This document shows positions 62,944 to 64,000 of a DNA stretch of 64,000 nucleotides, piece after piece; position 1 is the first letter of the stretch; each line of letters starts with the position of its first letter. The notes below the pieces were generated by a model. The model saw nothing but the letters and a program-made list of their open reading frames with translations. It was not told the DNA's origin and did not search any database. The position numbers and the translations under genes are program-made. This stretch comes from Thalia democratica (Eukaryota). Where the stretch lies: NCBI GenBank assembly GCA_965202585.1, contig OZ241829.1:77872001-77936000 (forward strand). The letters are read 5' to 3'.

Positions 62944-63945
62944 CTACCGCAGCATACGTGATTCAGAAGGTCTAAGAAAGCGAGAGCCTGCATAAACAAT
63001 ACGCCATCCGGTTTGACAACATCCTAGCACAGCAGACTTACAAGAGCAATGTTTCTGCGACAAAAAGTAACCAATACCAGTTGTAGACCAGTCTGGCTGT
63101 ATACAAGTGGGCTTTCCCAAATCAAAAATTTGTATTCCCTTTGTTATGGCTGCAACTATAGCTTCTCTTGATTTGTAGAATGTATCATCTAGCTCATCAT
63201 TCCAGTAAAATTTAGTTTTTGGACTTAATAATGGCTTAAACACAATCATCAAAGAAGTCAATTGGTTGTAGTGTGAAACTTGGTGCACTAAACCAAACCA
63301 TGATCGCACATTTGTTATTGACTTTGGTATAGGAAAATCTCTAATAGCATTTATGAACTTTTCTTGTGGCTTAATTTCAGATTTCGTAATAGTAAAGCCA
63401 GCAAAGTCTATTTCTTTTTGTGCAAATTGAAACTTTTCAGGATTGAGTACAACTCTATATTTTCCCATTAAATCTAAATAGTCAATCATACGCCACCAAT
63501 GATCAGCCAACTTCTCATCCCATAAAACAGTGTAATCAACGCATTTTGTCTTTCTAGGTATATCTATTATGATTTCATCATACCTGCGCGTATATGCATC
63601 TCCACTTGCCAAATAACCTTGTGGTGCTACTTTGTAGTAGTACCTCCCCCATGGAGTGAGAAATGTTGTGTGATGATGACCTTCTGGACGAATTGGTACT
63701 AAATGAAACCCATTCCATGCATCGGTCACACTTTTCCAGGTGTTTGCAGGAATTTCACATACTTGAATGAATGGAGGCTTTACATGATGTGTTTCTCGTA
63801 CACAATACTTATTTAAAGGTGAAAGGTCAACAACTCTTCTACAGCTACCATCAGCTTTAGCAACCACAACCATACGATGTACCCAAGTAGACGGAACACC
63901 AACTGGAGTCTTACCAAGCACACCTAATCGAGTATCCCTATCCAA
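62944..63945 (-). pseudogene. pol: Gypsy pol: reverse transcriptase and start of RNase H
   Basis: RRVVDLSPLN, DAWNGFH, TPWGRY...PQG, CVDY (expected VDD), KFQFAQKEIDFAG and DWSTTGIG. Frameshifted after RFLRPSE. Confidence 0.9.
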
Positions 63946-64000
63946 AGTTTCTTTTACTTCATTTTCCCAATGTTTTGGAATTGGGGAAGCAGTTGATATT

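Larger units (their letters stand above)
60617..64000 (-). mobile_element. Defective Ty3/Gypsy LTR retrotransposon, 3' part (continues past the window edge)
   Basis: RT-RNaseH-integrase order. PPT-like TGGGGGAAGA (60701-60710) abuts TGT at 60700; candidate short 3' LTR 60617-60700 (low confidence). Confidence 0.92.

Overview
Very AT-rich eukaryotic (animal) genomic DNA. A Hydra-like cnidarian origin is an unverified inference from composition, repeat types and Kelch sequence style. The window holds a tandem and inverted cluster of 10 intronless Kelch beta-propeller gene copies: 4 intact (1924+, 17421+, 52889+, 57616-), 1 with a single nonsense codon (28802-), 4 clear pseudogenes and 1 fragment. 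Each full copy encodes six blades in about 320 aa with no BTB/BACK domain, and most have a 3' splice acceptor 4-23 nt before the ATG. The cluster grew by segmental duplication (1-2895 vs 51081-53854; 5330-18760 vs 40270-45120), so several insertions can be compared with their empty paralogous sites inside the window. These are a 4.7-kb Mutator/Foldback-like element with tandem-repeat arms and a 9-bp TSD (containing a nested Buster-type hAT with an 8-bp TSD), a hAT MITE and a composite hAT with three ends. Also present: pogo/Tigger remnants, a defective Ty3/Gypsy at the right edge, two copies of a minimal Penelope-type hammerhead ribozyme motif, a ~494-aa orphan gene with a predicted membrane anchor and coiled coil, and a four-copy unexplained 0.8-1.8-kb element ('X'). 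No rRNA, tRNA or CRISPR was recognised. All alignments were made by eye, with no database searches.
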